DNA from: Octopus vulgaris
Taxonomy: Eukaryota
Reading direction: 5' to 3'
Length of the DNA stretch: 64,000 nt
Assembly: GCA_951406725.2 (NCBI GenBank)
Contig: OX597840.1
Coordinates: 20,522,001 to 20,586,000 of the forward strand
Part shown: positions 1 to 13,493 of the stretch, one piece after another
How the letters are laid out: each line of letters starts with the position of its first letter
Position numbering within the stretch: position 1 is the first letter of the stretch
Position numbers and translations under genes: made by a program
Notes under the pieces: generated by a model
Database searches by the model: none
Told to the model about the DNA's origin: nothing
What the model saw: only the letters and a program-made list of their open reading frames with translations

Positions 1-82
1 GAAATGGCATATATACACATACGTTCGTATACGCATAAATAAATGCATATTTATGCATATACATATATATTTACTTGAACAC

Positions 83-128
<46 letters not shown>

Positions 129-370
129 ACACATCCAGACACACACACACATATATATACAAATCAAAGATGTCTGGCAATGTTATCATTGTATTATTTA
201 AACGCCTGTCTTACTGTCTCTCTGTGTATGTATGTATGTGTCTGTCTGTCTGTCTGTCTTTCTATCTATCTATCTATCTCTGTGTGTCTGTCTGTCTGTC
301 TGTCTGTCTGTCTTTCTATCTATCTATCTGTCTGTCTGTCTGTCTGTGTCTGTGTCTGGTTGGCTGCTGC

Positions 371-444
<74 letters not shown>

Positions 445-486
445 CTCTATCTATCTATCTGTCTGTCTATCTGTCTGTTTGTCTGC

Positions 487-524
<38 letters not shown>

Positions 525-534
525 CTATCTCTAT

Positions 535-815
535 AAAATGCATGTCACCGTGGTCGAAACTCCGTACAATGCAATGCATATATCAAAAACCCAGCAACAG
601 CAACAACAACAACACGAACATCCCTACAGATAGCAATCTAAAAGGTTCCCGTGATTTGAGTGGCGAAACCACACATATAATAGGAAGGAGCATTGACGGA
701 ATATTCCTGTCAAGACCTCAATAAAATGCAAGACTAACTTACCAGACATAATGATCTTGGACGTGGAAAGATATTGTGCATTGTGGCGGAAATCAGGTAT
801 CCAGCAGATGTTTAT
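535..815 (+). mobile_element. Decayed RLE-clade (Dong/R4-like) non-LTR retrotransposon fragment, endonuclease region
   Basis: Manual translation with a stop and a frameshift gives [26 protein letters not shown] / [14 protein letters not shown]. This resembles the W-x-x-PVKT...PDI...VEI-x-x-P pattern of restriction-like endonuclease domains. Flanked by (TATC)n and (TATG)/(TA)n. Confidence 0.6.
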
Positions 816-853
816 AGGCATGTGTGTATGTACGTATGTATGCATATATATTA

Positions 854-956
<103 letters not shown>

Positions 957-971
957 ATATATTATATATAT

Positions 972-1011
<40 letters not shown>

Positions 1012-1043
1012 TATACATACATATATATATTCACACACACATT

Positions 1044-1093
<50 letters not shown>

Positions 1094-1212
1094 GATGGAT
1101 GAGGATGTTTGCGTGTGTATGTATATAGTGTATACAAACATACACGCACATATCCATGTGTGCGTATGTATATATGTATGTATGTATCTGTATGTATATA
1201 TATATATTTTTT

Positions 1213-1596
1213 TACGTGTTTCAGTCATTTGACTGCGGCCATGCTGGAGCACCGCCTTTAGTCGAACAAATCGACCCCGGGACTTATTCTTTGTAAGCCC
1301 AGTACTTATTCTATCGGTCTCTTTTGCCGAACCGCTAAGTGACGGGGACGTAAACACACCAGCATCGGTTGTCAAGCAATGCTAGGGGGACAAACACAGA
1401 CACACAAGCACACGCATACATATATATATACATATATACGACAGGCTTCTTTCAGTTTCCGTCTACCAAATCCACTCACAAGGCATTGGTCGGCCCGGGG
1501 CTATAGCAGAAGACACTTGCCCAAGATGCCACGCAGTGGGACTGAACCCAGAACCATGTGGTTGGTTAGCAAGCTACTTACCACACAGCCACTCCT

Positions 1597-1600
<4 letters not shown>
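1213..1600 (-). mobile_element. SINE family A, full length (tRNA-derived head, internal microsatellite, tail)
   Basis: Minus strand begins GCGCAGGAGTGGCTGTGTGGTAAG (A-box-like) ... GGTTCAGTCCC (B-box-like). Near-identical copies occur at 3115, 12452, 49080 and 59685. Confidence 0.9.
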
Positions 1601-1676
<76 letters not shown>

Positions 1677-1771
1677 GTCTATATACCTATATGTATGTAT
1701 ATGCCTTTGTGTGTTTGTACGGCGGGCTTCTTACAGTTTCCGTCTACCAAATCCACTCACAAGGCTTTGGT

Positions 1772-1910
1772 CGACTTTGCCTTTCATCCTTTCGGGGTCG
1801 ATAAATTAAGGACCAGTCACGCACTGGGGGTCGATGTAATCGACTTAATCCGTCTGTCTGTCCTTGTTTCTCCCCTCTGTGTTTAGCCCTTTGTGGGCAG
1901 TAAAGAAACA
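1772..1910 (+). mobile_element. SINE family B, 5'-truncated, fused to a family A fragment (1718-1775)
   Basis: GTCGACTTTGCCTTTCATCCTTTCGGGGTCGATAAATTAAG...TGTGGGCAGTAAAGAAA, as in the full copy at 11668. Confidence 0.85.
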
Positions 1911-2539
1911 GGTAAATATAAACAACAAAACTGACCTCGGCAAGGATTTGAACTCGGAGAGCCAACCTTCGCAACTAATGCTTGGCAGACGGGACATATT
2001 ATCCCACGCTCTGACGATTGCCAATTCGCTGAGTTATAAGTCTATTAGAGCAGATTATCTTGGATTAATATTGTCGACACTTTGAACACCAAAGAACATT
2101 TAACAAGGTTTATTGAGACATTTTCCATACATTACAAGACTAATACTTGTGTATGTGTATATACACAAATGTATACGAGTGTGTATGTATATATTTATGT
2201 ATGCATGTGTGTGTGTGTGCGTGTGTGTGTGTGTGTGTATGTTGGTCATAGTGGGAAGAACTAGTACGGTGTATGCATGAACTACATTAAAAGTATTTAA
2301 TTAATTCGGTTGTACTAATGAAGAAATCTGATAGCTAATCTTCATGTGGGTAACATGTAAAGTTAATTTAATTACCACTTGATTAATTCACTCTCGCTCG
2401 TCTGTATCGATACCGAGATGTTTAGTCCCCCCCCCCCTTATTTTAATTGCCGCAATTACCTTAATTATTTTCCTTACAATATATATATATCCTTACCCTC
2501 CTCCTGGTTCTTGGCTAATTACTACCATAATTACGAAAC

Positions 2540-2780
2540 GGGTGAACTGGCAAAATCGTTTGCATGCCGGACGAAATGCTCAACCGTCATTTCGTCCGTT
2601 TTGTACGCTCTGAGTTCGAATTCCGTCGAGATCGACTTTACTTTACTTTTCATTTTTTCTTCGGGGGTTTGATAAAAATAAGGACCAGTACAGCACTGGG
2701 GGGTCGAAGTAATTGACTTACACCCCCACCCCCACCTACCTCCCCTGAAATTGCTGGCCTTGTGCCAAAATTTGAAATCA
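2540..2780 (+). mobile_element. SINE family B, diverged copy with alternative tail
   Basis: GGTGAACTGGCAAAATCGTT...GAGTTCGAATTCCG head and a degenerate central domain. Confidence 0.7.
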
Positions 2781-3114
2781 ATTCCGAAGACATTTCTACT
2801 TTGTAGTCCTTCTCTGTCGTTGTATTCTCATTTCCTCGCCGAACGGTTTCAGGATCAATGAATGTTCAGACATCAAGTCTGCATTTACTGATGTCTAGGT
2901 TTGCCTGGAGTAAGGATGCACTTTTATTATCGATCTGACTACTCTCATGAGACGTCCCTTTGTATTGAAAAAGTGGACTTGTTTATCGATCGAATATTTT
3001 TGTCACAGTCGTTGAGATGGTTGTCATGAGTGCTAAAAACAGCAGCCAAATAAGCCTATTTATATGTATATAAATATAAATATATATATATACATATACA
3101 TGCATCCACCCATA

Positions 3115-3525
3115 GGCGTAGGAGTGGCTGTGTGGTAAGTAGCTTGCTTACGAACCACATGGTTCCGGGTTCAGTCCCACTGCGTGGCATCTTGGGCAAG
3201 TGTCTTCTGCTATAGCCCCGGGCCGACCAATGCCTTGTGAGTGGATTTGGTAGACGGAAACTGAAAGAAGCCCGTCGTATATATGTATATATATATGTAT
3301 GCGTGTGTGTGTTTCTGTGTCTGTGTTTGTCCCCCTAGCATTGCTTGACAACCGATGCTGTTGTGTTTATGTCCCCGTTACTTAGCGGTTCGGCAAAAGA
3401 GATCGATAGAATAAGTACTGGGCTTACAAAAGAATAAGTCCCGGAGTCGAGTTGCTCGATTAAAGGCGGTGCTCCAGCATGGCCGCAGTCAAACATGACT
3501 GAAACAAGTAAAAGAATAAAAGAAT
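3115..3525 (+). mobile_element. SINE family A, full length
   Basis: GGCGTAGGAGTGGCTGTGTGGTAAG...GGTTCAGTCCC head, internal (TA)/(TG), tail ending GACTGAAACAAGTAAAAGAATAAAAGA. Confidence 0.9.
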
Positions 3526-3625
3526 ATATAAATATATATACACATATACATGCATATATATATATAGCATATATATATATATATATACACACATATAGCA
3601 TATATATATGCTATATGTATATATT

Positions 3626-3675
<50 letters not shown>

Positions 3676-4559
3676 GCAAACGTACATGCACGCACAAGCT
3701 TGTGCACAGATACCCACACAAACACACTAACATATATATATGTGTGTGTGTGTGCGTGCGTGTATACATACGCACACACAATGCGTACCCATGTATACAT
3801 GACAACCTACACTCCGGACCACCTATAAGCAGCATTGTGCCAGCCACCCATCCACCCACCCACCCATCACCTACCCAACCTACCCCGAATTCACCCGACC
3901 CCCCCCCCCCGCCATCACCACCCCCAATTCTGCTCCCCAACCCTCACACGTCTCTGTTCACCCCCCTAACCAACCAACCAGCCAGCCACCCAGCTACCCA
4001 GACAACCACCCTGCCAGTTAAACAAACCACCACGTCAAACCCCCTACACCACCGTTTATATCTATATATGTATATATATATGTATATATATATATGTGTG
4101 TGTGTTTACATACACACACTCAACACACACTCACACACGCTTACACACACACACTCACACACACACACACACACACACACACCCGTCAGTCCGCTACACT
4201 AATATCTGGACGCCTTATCGCTTAATTTCAATTGATCGCTCAGTTTTGATGTTTGCTAACTTCACTTAGCTTGCTTAATGCGGAGGGGGGGTGTGGTGGT
4301 GGCGGTGGTGGTAGTAGTAGTAGTAGTCTTGTGATAGTAATTCTTATTTCTTTATTTTCAATAGTCTTTCAAGAGTCAAGACTACAGAAAAAGTTTGCAA
4401 GACGCAACGAAAATTTTAGGAAAGAAATAAGTGGAAATTTTACCGGTGAGTGTGTTAAATAATAAGGCACAAAAAGAGAATGACTCTCCCCAGACACAAC
4501 AGAATATGCTTCAACACACGAACTCATACAAAGAATCTTGCAAACCAAATCCCAAAACG

Positions 4560-4745
4560 AAATAACAACGAAACACTTTCGTTATATATTCATAACATAA
4601 ATTCCAAATAGAAATCCTGAAAATTTCAATAAATACAGGAACCTCTTCTAGGAAACAAAAATTACATATGGACCCACAAATTACAATTTTTTACTCGTGG
4701 ACCTCCTTATAGCTTCTGTGGACCCCTGGTTGGGAATCCCTACTT
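4560..4745. mobile_element. hAT-like MITE fragment related to 12842-13493
   Basis: Ends GGACCCCTGGTTGGGAATCCCTA and shares GTGGACCCC and AAAACTAG motifs with the 13 kb copies. Confidence 0.45.
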
Positions 4746-4862
4746 TAGAGAGCGCTTCTTTTTCGGATATAACAAAATAGGAATTTTGGAAGAAGTTTCT
4801 ATAAAACTAGTTTTTAAACATTTAATTGCGATGGGGGTCCACCAGAATAAAAGTCATGAAAA

Positions 4863-4975
4863 GGGTTCAGTCCCACTGCGTGGCACCTTGGGCAAGTATC
4901 TTCCGCTATAGCCTTGGGCCGACAAAAGCCTTGTGAGTGGATTTGATTGACGGAAACTGAAAGAAGCCCGTCGTA
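4863..4975 (+). mobile_element. SINE family A head fragment
   Basis: GGGTTCAGTCCCACTGCGTGGCACCTTGGGCAAGT...GAAGCCCGTCG. Confidence 0.85.
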
Positions 4976-5167
4976 TATATATATATATATACATACATAT
5001 ATATATATATATATATTCAGCAAAACAATTAAGATTGAAATGAATTCAAATGAATTCAAATGAATATGGTACTTAACTTAGATGCACCAGGATTCTTTAT
5101 GGTATTAACCATAAAATTATGTGGGGTGATTATAACCAAGAAAAAAAGCAACAAGAATGGATCGGTA

Positions 5168-5257
5168 GATTAGTACAATTGTTTCATACTATGAACATTT
5201 TATTTCAAGCTGCAAATATTACAGCAAATATAATGTCAAGTATTCATCAGCTAAATC
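5168..5257 (-). ncRNA. Type I hammerhead ribozyme motif (canonical core)
   Basis: Minus strand reads GAUUUAG [CUGAUGA] AUACU..48 nt..AGUAU [GAAA] CAAUUG [UA] CUAAUC. Helices I and II pair, helix III is the palindrome ACAAUUGU, and the cleavage triplet is GUA. Confidence 0.8.
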
Positions 5258-5544
5258 ACATATAGGTTTTCCATATATTCTTAGAGAGTGTAAATATCCT
5301 TATGAAGTTATAGGAGTGAGTTCCATGAAATTGAAGTAAGATTCCAAGTAGACTACATATATTTTCCAACAATACAAAGATTTTAAATTGACTATTAACA
5401 TCCCAGAGAAGATAAATCTACTCATAAAGATGTGGGTATAAGTTCGAAGAGACATGAGGAAAGATGCTGGTCATACTACGGTTAAGTTCGCGTCTAACTG
5501 TTGCAGACAAAATTCTATAGTAGCAAGAAAGACAGCGGGGTAGG

Positions 5545-5571
<27 letters not shown>

Positions 5572-5579
<8 letters not shown>

Positions 5580-5699
5580 ATGTTACATTACTCGGTAGTC
5601 AAGATAAAACTCTGAGTTTCAGATGCCGGTGGATTTCCACTTCGGCATCTGAAACTCAGAGTTTTATCTTGACTACCGAGTAATGTAACATATTGTATA
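5572..5699. repeat. Perfect inverted repeat, ~57-bp arms, carrying an HHR 3' half
   Basis: Arm 5572-5628 is the reverse complement of 5643-5699. It contains GAAACTCAGAGT, identical to the 3' half of the HHR at 18561. Confidence 0.9.
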
Positions 5700-5767
5700 G
5701 ATAAATTTCCTCTATTTACATAATATTGAGGTCTCTTTCTTTCTTTTGTTATCTTACCGTTTTATCA

Positions 5768-5886
<119 letters not shown>

Positions 5887-5899
5887 TGTGTGTGTTTGA

Positions 5900-6217
5900 T
5901 GTGTGTGTTTGTCCTCCCAACATCGCTTGGCATGTTTACGTCCTCGCGGTTCGGCAAAAGTGACCAATATAGAATAAGTACTAGGCTTACAAAGAATGAG
6001 TCCTGGGGGGGGCGATTTCTTTAACTAAACAAAACCCCTTGAAGGCGGTGCTCCAGCACGGCCGCGGTGAGATTACTGAAACAAGTAAAAGAATTAAAGA
6101 ATATATGTGTATATTGTATATAGCAGACGACACTTGCCGAAGGTGTTGCGCAGTGGGACTGAACCCAGGACCATGTCGTTGAGAAGCAAACTTCTTACCA
6201 CACAGCCACACCTGCGC
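5900..6217. mobile_element. SINE family A tail (+, 5900-6100) and head fragment (-, 6118-6217)
   Basis: Similarity to the full copies. Confidence 0.8.
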
Positions 6218-6659
6218 ATGCGCATACGCATACACACAGACACACACCTTTACCAAGACCACAGCCATCAGAAACAATCTGTTATTTTACTTACTTCTGC
6301 ACCATTTCACCAAGACATGTTTTTCCACCGCCGTCGCGTTTCTCACCCCTCACACTCTCTCTCTGTCTCTCTCTCACCTTTATATGTCTACCTCCTCCTC
6401 TCCCCCTCTTTCTCTCGCTTCGTCTAACTTCCTCCTACCTTCTTATATCTCACTGTCTTCCTTACCGCCGCCTCCCGTCCCAGCAGCCTGGCTCACTGCG
6501 CTGGAAGTGGGTGACGAGCAAAGGGGAGACATCGAGTCGCTGCCATCTCCGTAGATGACCCGCATAAATTGGTAATGACGATGTGTGTGTGTTTCGTTCA
6601 GTGATCCGTGAAATCTCAACCATGAACCGTATGTTATGAAACTGCCATAATATTATAAG

Positions 6660-6900
6660 ATGGTGAGCATGGCAGAATCGTTAGCACGCCGGACAAAATA
6701 CTTAGCGACGTCTTCCGCCGCCTTTTACGTTTTGAGTTCAAATTCCGCCGAGGTCGAACTTCCCTTTCATGGTTTTCGGGGTCGCTAAATAAAGTACCAG
6801 TTACGCACTGGGGTCGATATAATCGACTTAATCCGTTTGTCTGTCCTTGTATGTCCCCTCTGTGTTTAGCCTCTTGTGGGTAGTAAATAAAAAAAAGGTA
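6660..6900 (+). mobile_element. SINE family B, near full length
   Basis: TGGCAGAATCGTTAGCACGCCGG...GAGTTCAAATTCC head, central domain and tail. Confidence 0.85.
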
Positions 6901-7402
6901 TTTCGTTATGCAACCACAATATAGTACAAAGTATACTAAAGGCTTTTACCGTGTCCTTCTGTGTTAGCAGTGCTATTACATCTTTTATTAAGGTTATTTC
7001 TACAGAGTTTCGATAGAAATTATGGCCAGCTCTGATTTTTGTTATAACGTTTTGTATTCGAGACGCCTGACGGAAACAAACGATGAGATCAAAGATGAAA
7101 AAAGGGTAATGGGCGTATATACAATATTTCGGGAATTTTTGCCATTTCATCAGTACTCGGCGAACTCATTAATCATCCACGAACCCATTGCTTAAATACC
7201 CACAAAATACAGCATTGCAACATTACTGAATATACCATTTTTACATATTAAGCACATTCCTGGAAGCTGGTACGTGAATAGTAATCACTTGCAGGGACGC
7301 GGTATGTCGTTACGCTACCACAATGTACTACAAAGTATGTTAGACATTTTTAGAAGTCAATACCTTGTTCTTCTGTGTTAGCAGTGATATTATATCGCTT
7401 GT

Positions 7403-7791
7403 GGAGGCGCAATGGCGTAGTGGTTAGGGCAGCGGACTCGCGGTCATAGGATCGCGGTTTCGATTCCCAGACCGGGCGTTGTGAGTGTTTATTGATCGAA
7501 AACACCTAAAAGCTCCACGAGGCTCCGGCAGGGGATGGTGGTGATCCCTGCTGTACTCTTTCACCACAACTTTCTCTCACTCTTACTTCCTGTTTCTGTT
7601 GTACCTGTATTTCAAAGGGCCGGCCTTGTCACTCTCTGTGTCACGCTGAATATCCCCGAGAACTACGTTAAGGGTGCACGTGTCTGTGGAGTGCTCAGCC
7701 ACTTACACGTTAATTTCACGAGCAGGCTGTTCCGTTGATTCGGATCAACCGGAACCCTCATCGTCGTAACAGACGGAGTGCTTCCATATCC
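7403..7791 (+). mobile_element. SINE family C, full length with TSD
   Basis: tRNA-like head (TGGCGTAGTGG; GGTTTCGATTCC). TSD ATTAYATCGCTTGT at 7389-7402 and 7792-7805. Confidence 0.92.
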
Positions 7792-8149
7792 ATTACATCG
7801 CTTGTTAAGGTTATTTATACAGAGTTTCGATAGAAATTATGGCCAGCATTTCGGAGTGGTTATCCCCTCTTCGGTAACAGACATCAGGCAAGGCGACGCT
7901 ACGAACTGATTAAAGAGATTGTTTCCTTTATGCTATTTCAGTCACGGTACTGTGACTGATTAGTGCCATGCGGCAGCTAACCGTAAACAAATTACGGAGG
8001 GGGAGCACGAAGCAGTGGAGTGTATAAATCCAATGTCATAACCAGTTCAAATATGGTTGTGGCATGGTTGGACTCGTAAATAGGCCATTCTCTGTGTTTT
8101 GTCGTAGAGAAACTTTCTTGCTGTACACAAATGGTGTAAACATACTTAA

Positions 8150-8458
8150 ATCAGATCCGGCGTATAACATTGCAAACCATGTTGGTGACAACGTCGAGTT
8201 TCACGGGAAGATAATATCTTGCGGCGGACATTTTTGGACAGCTGTTGATAATAGCAGTGATGCCTTCCACGCTGGTTTCACCCAATCAACATTTACTATT
8301 ACGACGCAGAAGCCAAGAGGAAATCTTATCAGAGTTGTTGATTAGGTATTTAATAGCTGTCTCCTGTTGCTCGATAGTACAGGCGTGGCCTTCCAAGTGA
8401 GATGTGATGGATTTATCGCAGGTCCAGGAGAGGTTACTGGTTCTGAGAATGTCCTTGG
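8150..8458 (-). mobile_element. Decayed RLE-clade LINE fragment (CCHC knuckle/RHD region)
   Basis: Minus translation [31 protein letters not shown]...SKC*LGETSVEGITAIINSCPKMSAARYYLPVKLDVV is a degenerate C-x2-C-x8-H-x4-C followed by an RHD-like position. It abuts (TATG)n. Confidence 0.7.
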
Positions 8459-8590
8459 TATGTGTGTATGTATGTATGTATGTATGTATGTATGTATGTA
8501 TGTATCTGTCTGTCTGTCAGTCTGTCTGTCTCTATTTATCTGTCTGTCTGTCTGCCTACCTGCTTGTCTGTCTCTATCTATCCATCCACA

Positions 8591-8668
<78 letters not shown>

Positions 8669-8680
8669 CCAATCTATCTC

Positions 8681-8726
<46 letters not shown>

Positions 8727-8784
8727 CATCCATCCATCCATCCATCCATCCATCCATCCATCCATCTATCTATCTATCTATCTA

Positions 8785-8816
<32 letters not shown>

Positions 8817-9186
8817 CCCCTCTCCCCCCTCTCTCTCTCCCCTCTCCCCCCTCTCTCTCTCTAGATCAGGGATTCTCCACACATTTTATTTAGGAACCCC
8901 TTTGATTCCAATTTTCCAAAGTAACCGTGAAAGGATAGGAAAAAAAAATACGAATAAATCTAAAATAAACAAGATAAAATTCGGAAATAAGTTCTGCAGT
9001 TAATGAACCATGCATAAAAGACATGCTCCAATGGTTACAAGGGACAAAAGAGACAGCGTAGAATCGTAGACTTTGCGATGCATATTGATGTGTTCGTAGA
9101 AATTGCCAGGAATGTGTTTGATATGTGGAATTGGTATATCGAAGAGTTACACCGATAAATTTAGTGGCTATTTAAACAATGTCTTC

Positions 9187-9576
9187 TGGAGGCGCAATGG
9201 CCCAGTAGTTAGGGCAGCGTACTCGCGGTCGTAGGATCGCGGTTTCGATTCCCAGACCGGGCGTTGTGTGTGTTTATTGAGCGAAAACACCTAAAAAGCT
9301 CCACGATGCTCCGCCAGGGGATGGTGGTGATCCCTGCTGTACTCTTTCACCACAACTTTCTCTCACTCTTACTTCCTGTTTCTGTTGTACCTGTATTTCA
9401 AAGGGGTCGGCCTTGTCACTCTCTGTGTCACGCTGAATATCCCCGAGAACTACGTTAAGGGTGCACGTGTCTGTGGAGTGCTCAGCCACTTGCACGTTAA
9501 TTTCACGAGCAGGCTGTTCCGTTGATTCGGATCAACCGGAACCCTCATCGTCGTAACCGACGCAGTGCTTCCATCC
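9187..9576 (+). mobile_element. SINE family C, full length with 13-bp TSD
   Basis: TSD AAACAATGTCTTC at 9174-9186 and 9577-9589; near-identical to the 7403 copy. Confidence 0.93.
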
Positions 9577-10404
9577 AAACAATGTCTTCACAGATGGTTA
9601 ATAGTATGGAGGTGGTGCTGGTGAAGGGGCAATAGCTCCTGAAATACGAAATATGGCATATACACTCATTACTTAAACTTTAAAAAGGGATTTAATAGCA
9701 CTGCTAACACAGAAGGACAAGGTATTGACTTCTAAATGTGTTTAACATACTCTGTAGTATATTATGGTTGCTTAACGAAATACCGCGTCCTTATAAGTCA
9801 TTAATATTTATGTATCAGCCTCCAGGAATGTGTTTAATAGATGAAAATATCTTTTCTATCTCATTGTTTGTTTACATTTAACATCCTGGATACGAAACGT
9901 CGTAACAAAATCAATGCTGGCCATAATTTCCATAGAAAATCTGTAGAAATAACCTTAACAAGTGATGTAGTAGCACTGCTAACACAGAAGAACACAGTTG
10001 TTGACTTATAAAAGTGTTTAACATACTTTGTGGTATATTGTGGTTGCTTAACGAAATACCGCTTCCCTACACGTTATTAGTATTTACGTACTAGCTTCCA
10101 GGAATGTTTAATAAGTAAAACCGGTTTGCTGTATTTAGCGGCCATTTAAGGAATGTGTTCGTGAATGATTATTAATAAGGTGGATGTGTCACTGAAGAAA
10201 GAACAAGAAATCCTGAAATATGCATCTACACCCATTACCCATTCCTCTATCGTCAATCACATTGTTTACATAGACGTATTGGTATACGAAAAGACCTAAC
10301 ATTCAGTGCTGGCTCTAATCTCTATTAAAAATACGAAGAGATACACTTTAAAAGATGTTTCCGGTACAATATGATAAGAAAGTAGATTTTTTAAAAATTC
10401 TCTT

Positions 10405-10685
10405 TGCTTGTTTCAGTTATTTCAATGCGGCCATGCTGGAGCACCACCTTGGAGTGTGTTAATTGAACAAATCGACATCAGGAATTATTTTTTTTAAAAA
10501 ACCTAGTACTTAGTCTATCGGTCCCGTTCTGTGATGTGTACCCCCATCACAGGCTTGACAACCGGTGTTGGTGTGTTTACGTCCCCGTAACTTTGCGGGG
10601 TCGATTTGTTCGACTAAAACTCTCCAAGGCAGTGCTCCAGCATGGCCGCAGTCAAATGACTGAAACAAGTAAAAGAATAAAAGAC
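10405..10685. mobile_element. Two SINE family A tail fragments in opposite orientation
   Basis: GCGGCCATGCTGGAGCAC at ~10427 and its reverse complement at ~10632. Confidence 0.8.
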
Positions 10686-10703
10686 TATATATATGTATAC
10701 CCC

Positions 10704-10910
<207 letters not shown>

Positions 10911-11407
10911 TACATACATACATATATATATAAATCTATAGATATAAATATATATGCATGCATATATGTCCAAACACACACACACACAAACACACACACG
11001 TCTGTCCCCTTTACTTATTAAACCATTAAATCTGCTCTAAATCGGACGAGGCGCCATCTTGAGACAGACACGACGCATAATAAGCGAAACGAGACTATTT
11101 CCTATTGAAAAAACAATTTACGATAAGCGAAGTAAAATATATTCTCAAGACAAACTACGCCAGCCGTTTACCTTAATATTTCTTCATAAAACAACGAATT
11201 AACCGCCATTTTGAAACACTGTCTTTCTCTCTCTCTCACTCTCTCTCTCTCCCTCTCTCTTTATCTCTCTACCTTAGAAGCATATATATGCGTGTGTGCG
11301 TGTAACATATATATCTACATATATATACATACATATATTATATGTATATGCATACATATAAATATATGTATATATATATATATATATGCATATATACGTA
11401 TATATAC

Positions 11408-11452
<45 letters not shown>

Positions 11453-11526
11453 CATATATTATATGTATATGCATACATATAAATATATGTGTATATATAT
11501 ATATATGCATATATACGTATATATAC

Positions 11527-11599
<73 letters not shown>

Positions 11600-11616
11600 C
11601 ATATATATATATATAC

Positions 11617-11667
<51 letters not shown>

Positions 11668-11897
11668 GGCGGCGAGCTGGCAGAAACGTTAGCACACCGG
11701 GCGAAATGCGTAGCCGTATTTCGTCTGTCGTTACGTTCCGAGTTCAAATTCCGCCGAGGTCGACTTTGCCTTTCATCCTTTCGGGGTCGATAAATTAAGT
11801 ACCAGTTACGCACTGGGGTCGATGTAGTCGACTTAATCCCTTTGTCTGTCCTTGTTTGTCCCCTCTGTGTTTAGCCCCTTGTGGGTAGTAAAGAAAT
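11668..11897 (+). mobile_element. SINE family B, full length (tRNA head plus Meta-SINE-like central domain)
   Basis: GGCGGCGAGCTGGCAGAAACG (A box), GAGTTCAAATTCC (B box). The central GCCTTTCATCCTTTCGGGGTCGATAAATTAAGTACCAG resembles a conserved metazoan SINE domain (recalled, not searched). Confidence 0.88.
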
Positions 11898-12451
11898 ATA
11901 TATACATACATATATATAGACACACATATATATACACACACATATATAGGAATAAATATATGTATGCATACAGCAATGTATATATATATATAAAGTTACG
12001 TATATATATAAATATATATATTTATATACGAGTGAATATGTATATGTGTATATATATGAATATATGTCCGCGTGTAAATTCATTTACTGTTTATTCTTAA
12101 GCGTGAAGTGAGTACAAAGAGGTCTACTTAAACAAACATTCTTCTGTAACTGGGCTTCTGTAGGGAGGCCGAGCGGCGGAGCACGGAGCGCAGGACCTAC
12201 GTCATTCTCGACGATGTCCACCCAGTTTCTTAATTCGACCAACCGCATTTTCTCTATTCATGAAGTTACTGTTTCTGGGCAAACCGTATTATTCTGCATA
12301 CACAAGAAACCTTTATCGCAGGGGTTCATAACTGGGTTCGCAGACAACAGGTGGACCCGTTAGAAGAACTGGGAAGAAACGCGGCTAAGCATTTGGGCCG
12401 ACGCTCCAACGATTCTAGCAGCTCATCACCCTGAAGGACTTAAATCAGGAC

Positions 12452-12842
12452 TTACTCTTTACTCTTTTACTTGTTTCAGGCCATGCTGGAGCACCGCCTT
12501 TAGTCGAGCAAATCGACTTATTCTTTGTAAGCTCAGTACTTATTCTATCGGTCTATTTTGCCGAACCGCTAAGTGACGGGGACGTAAACACACCAGCATC
12601 GGTTGTCAAGCAATGCTAGAGGGACAAACACAGACACACAAACACACACATATATACATATATATATATACATATATACGACAGGCTTCTTTCAGTTTCC
12701 GTCTACCAAATCCACTCACAAGGCATTGGTCGGCCCGGGGCTATAGCAGAAGACACTTGCCCAAGGTGCCACGCAGTGGGACTGAACCCGGAACTATGTG
12801 GTTGGTTAGCAAGCTACTTACCACACAGCCACTTCTGCGCCT
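12452..12842 (-). mobile_element. SINE family A, full length
   Basis: Near-identical to 1213-1600. Confidence 0.9.
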
Positions 12843-13493
12843 CTCAACCATTTTTTTAAATCTATGGACCCCTTTGATTACTTTTTTAATCCTAGTGGAC
12901 CCCCATAGCTTTTCAGTGTTTAAAAACTAGGTTTTTCAAACATCAAATCTACAATAGCCATTCGATGTTTAAAAACTAGTTTCATAGAAACTTCTTTCAA
13001 AATTCTTATTTTCTTATACCCAAAAAAAAGAAGCACACCCTAAAACAGGGGTTCTCAACCATTTTTTATCTATGGGCCCCTTTGAACCCCCATATCCATT
13101 CGATGTTTAAAACCTAGTTCCATAGAAATTTCTTTCAAAATTCCTATTTTCTTATATCCCCCCCCCCCCAAAGCACACCCTAAAACAGGGGTTCTCAACC
13201 ATTTTTTTTATCTGTGGGCCCCTTTGAACCCCCATAGCCATATAATGTTTAAAAACTAGTTTTATAGAATGCTATTTATTAATGTTTGCATCAATTTGTG
13301 TAGGTTGAATTATGTAAAATGTTAGAGAAAGAAGCCATGTTGTTTCTTGCTAAAAATACATCGGAAGCAAAATTGTTTTCAAGGGCCCTTAAAATATTAT
13401 TGTAGATTCCCAATTTACTATTTTGTTGCGTGGAACCCCCAAATTCTTATGTGGATCATCAGGGGCCATATAGACACCCGTTTGAGAACCACT
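12842..13493. mobile_element. hAT/Charlie-like MITE with tandemly reiterated left end (~120-bp units)
   Basis: CAGGGGTTCTCAACC at 13046 and 13166, and a matching TTTGAGAACCAC at ~13480. Confidence 0.65.

Larger units (their letters stand above)
6895..10340. repeat. Diverged tandem units present in two opposite orientations (6895-7850 versus ~9000-10340)
   Basis: TTCTGTGTTAGCAGTG occurs at ~6957 and ~7371, and its reverse complement at ~9700 and ~9975. About 80 bp around 6950-7030 aligns to the reverse complement of 9917-10000. Confidence 0.75.

Noticed and set aside
7403-7475. tRNA genes at the heads of families A-D
   Set aside because: A/B boxes are present, but they run into repeated bodies (with TSDs in family C) and no full cloverleaf is evident, so these are SINE heads.
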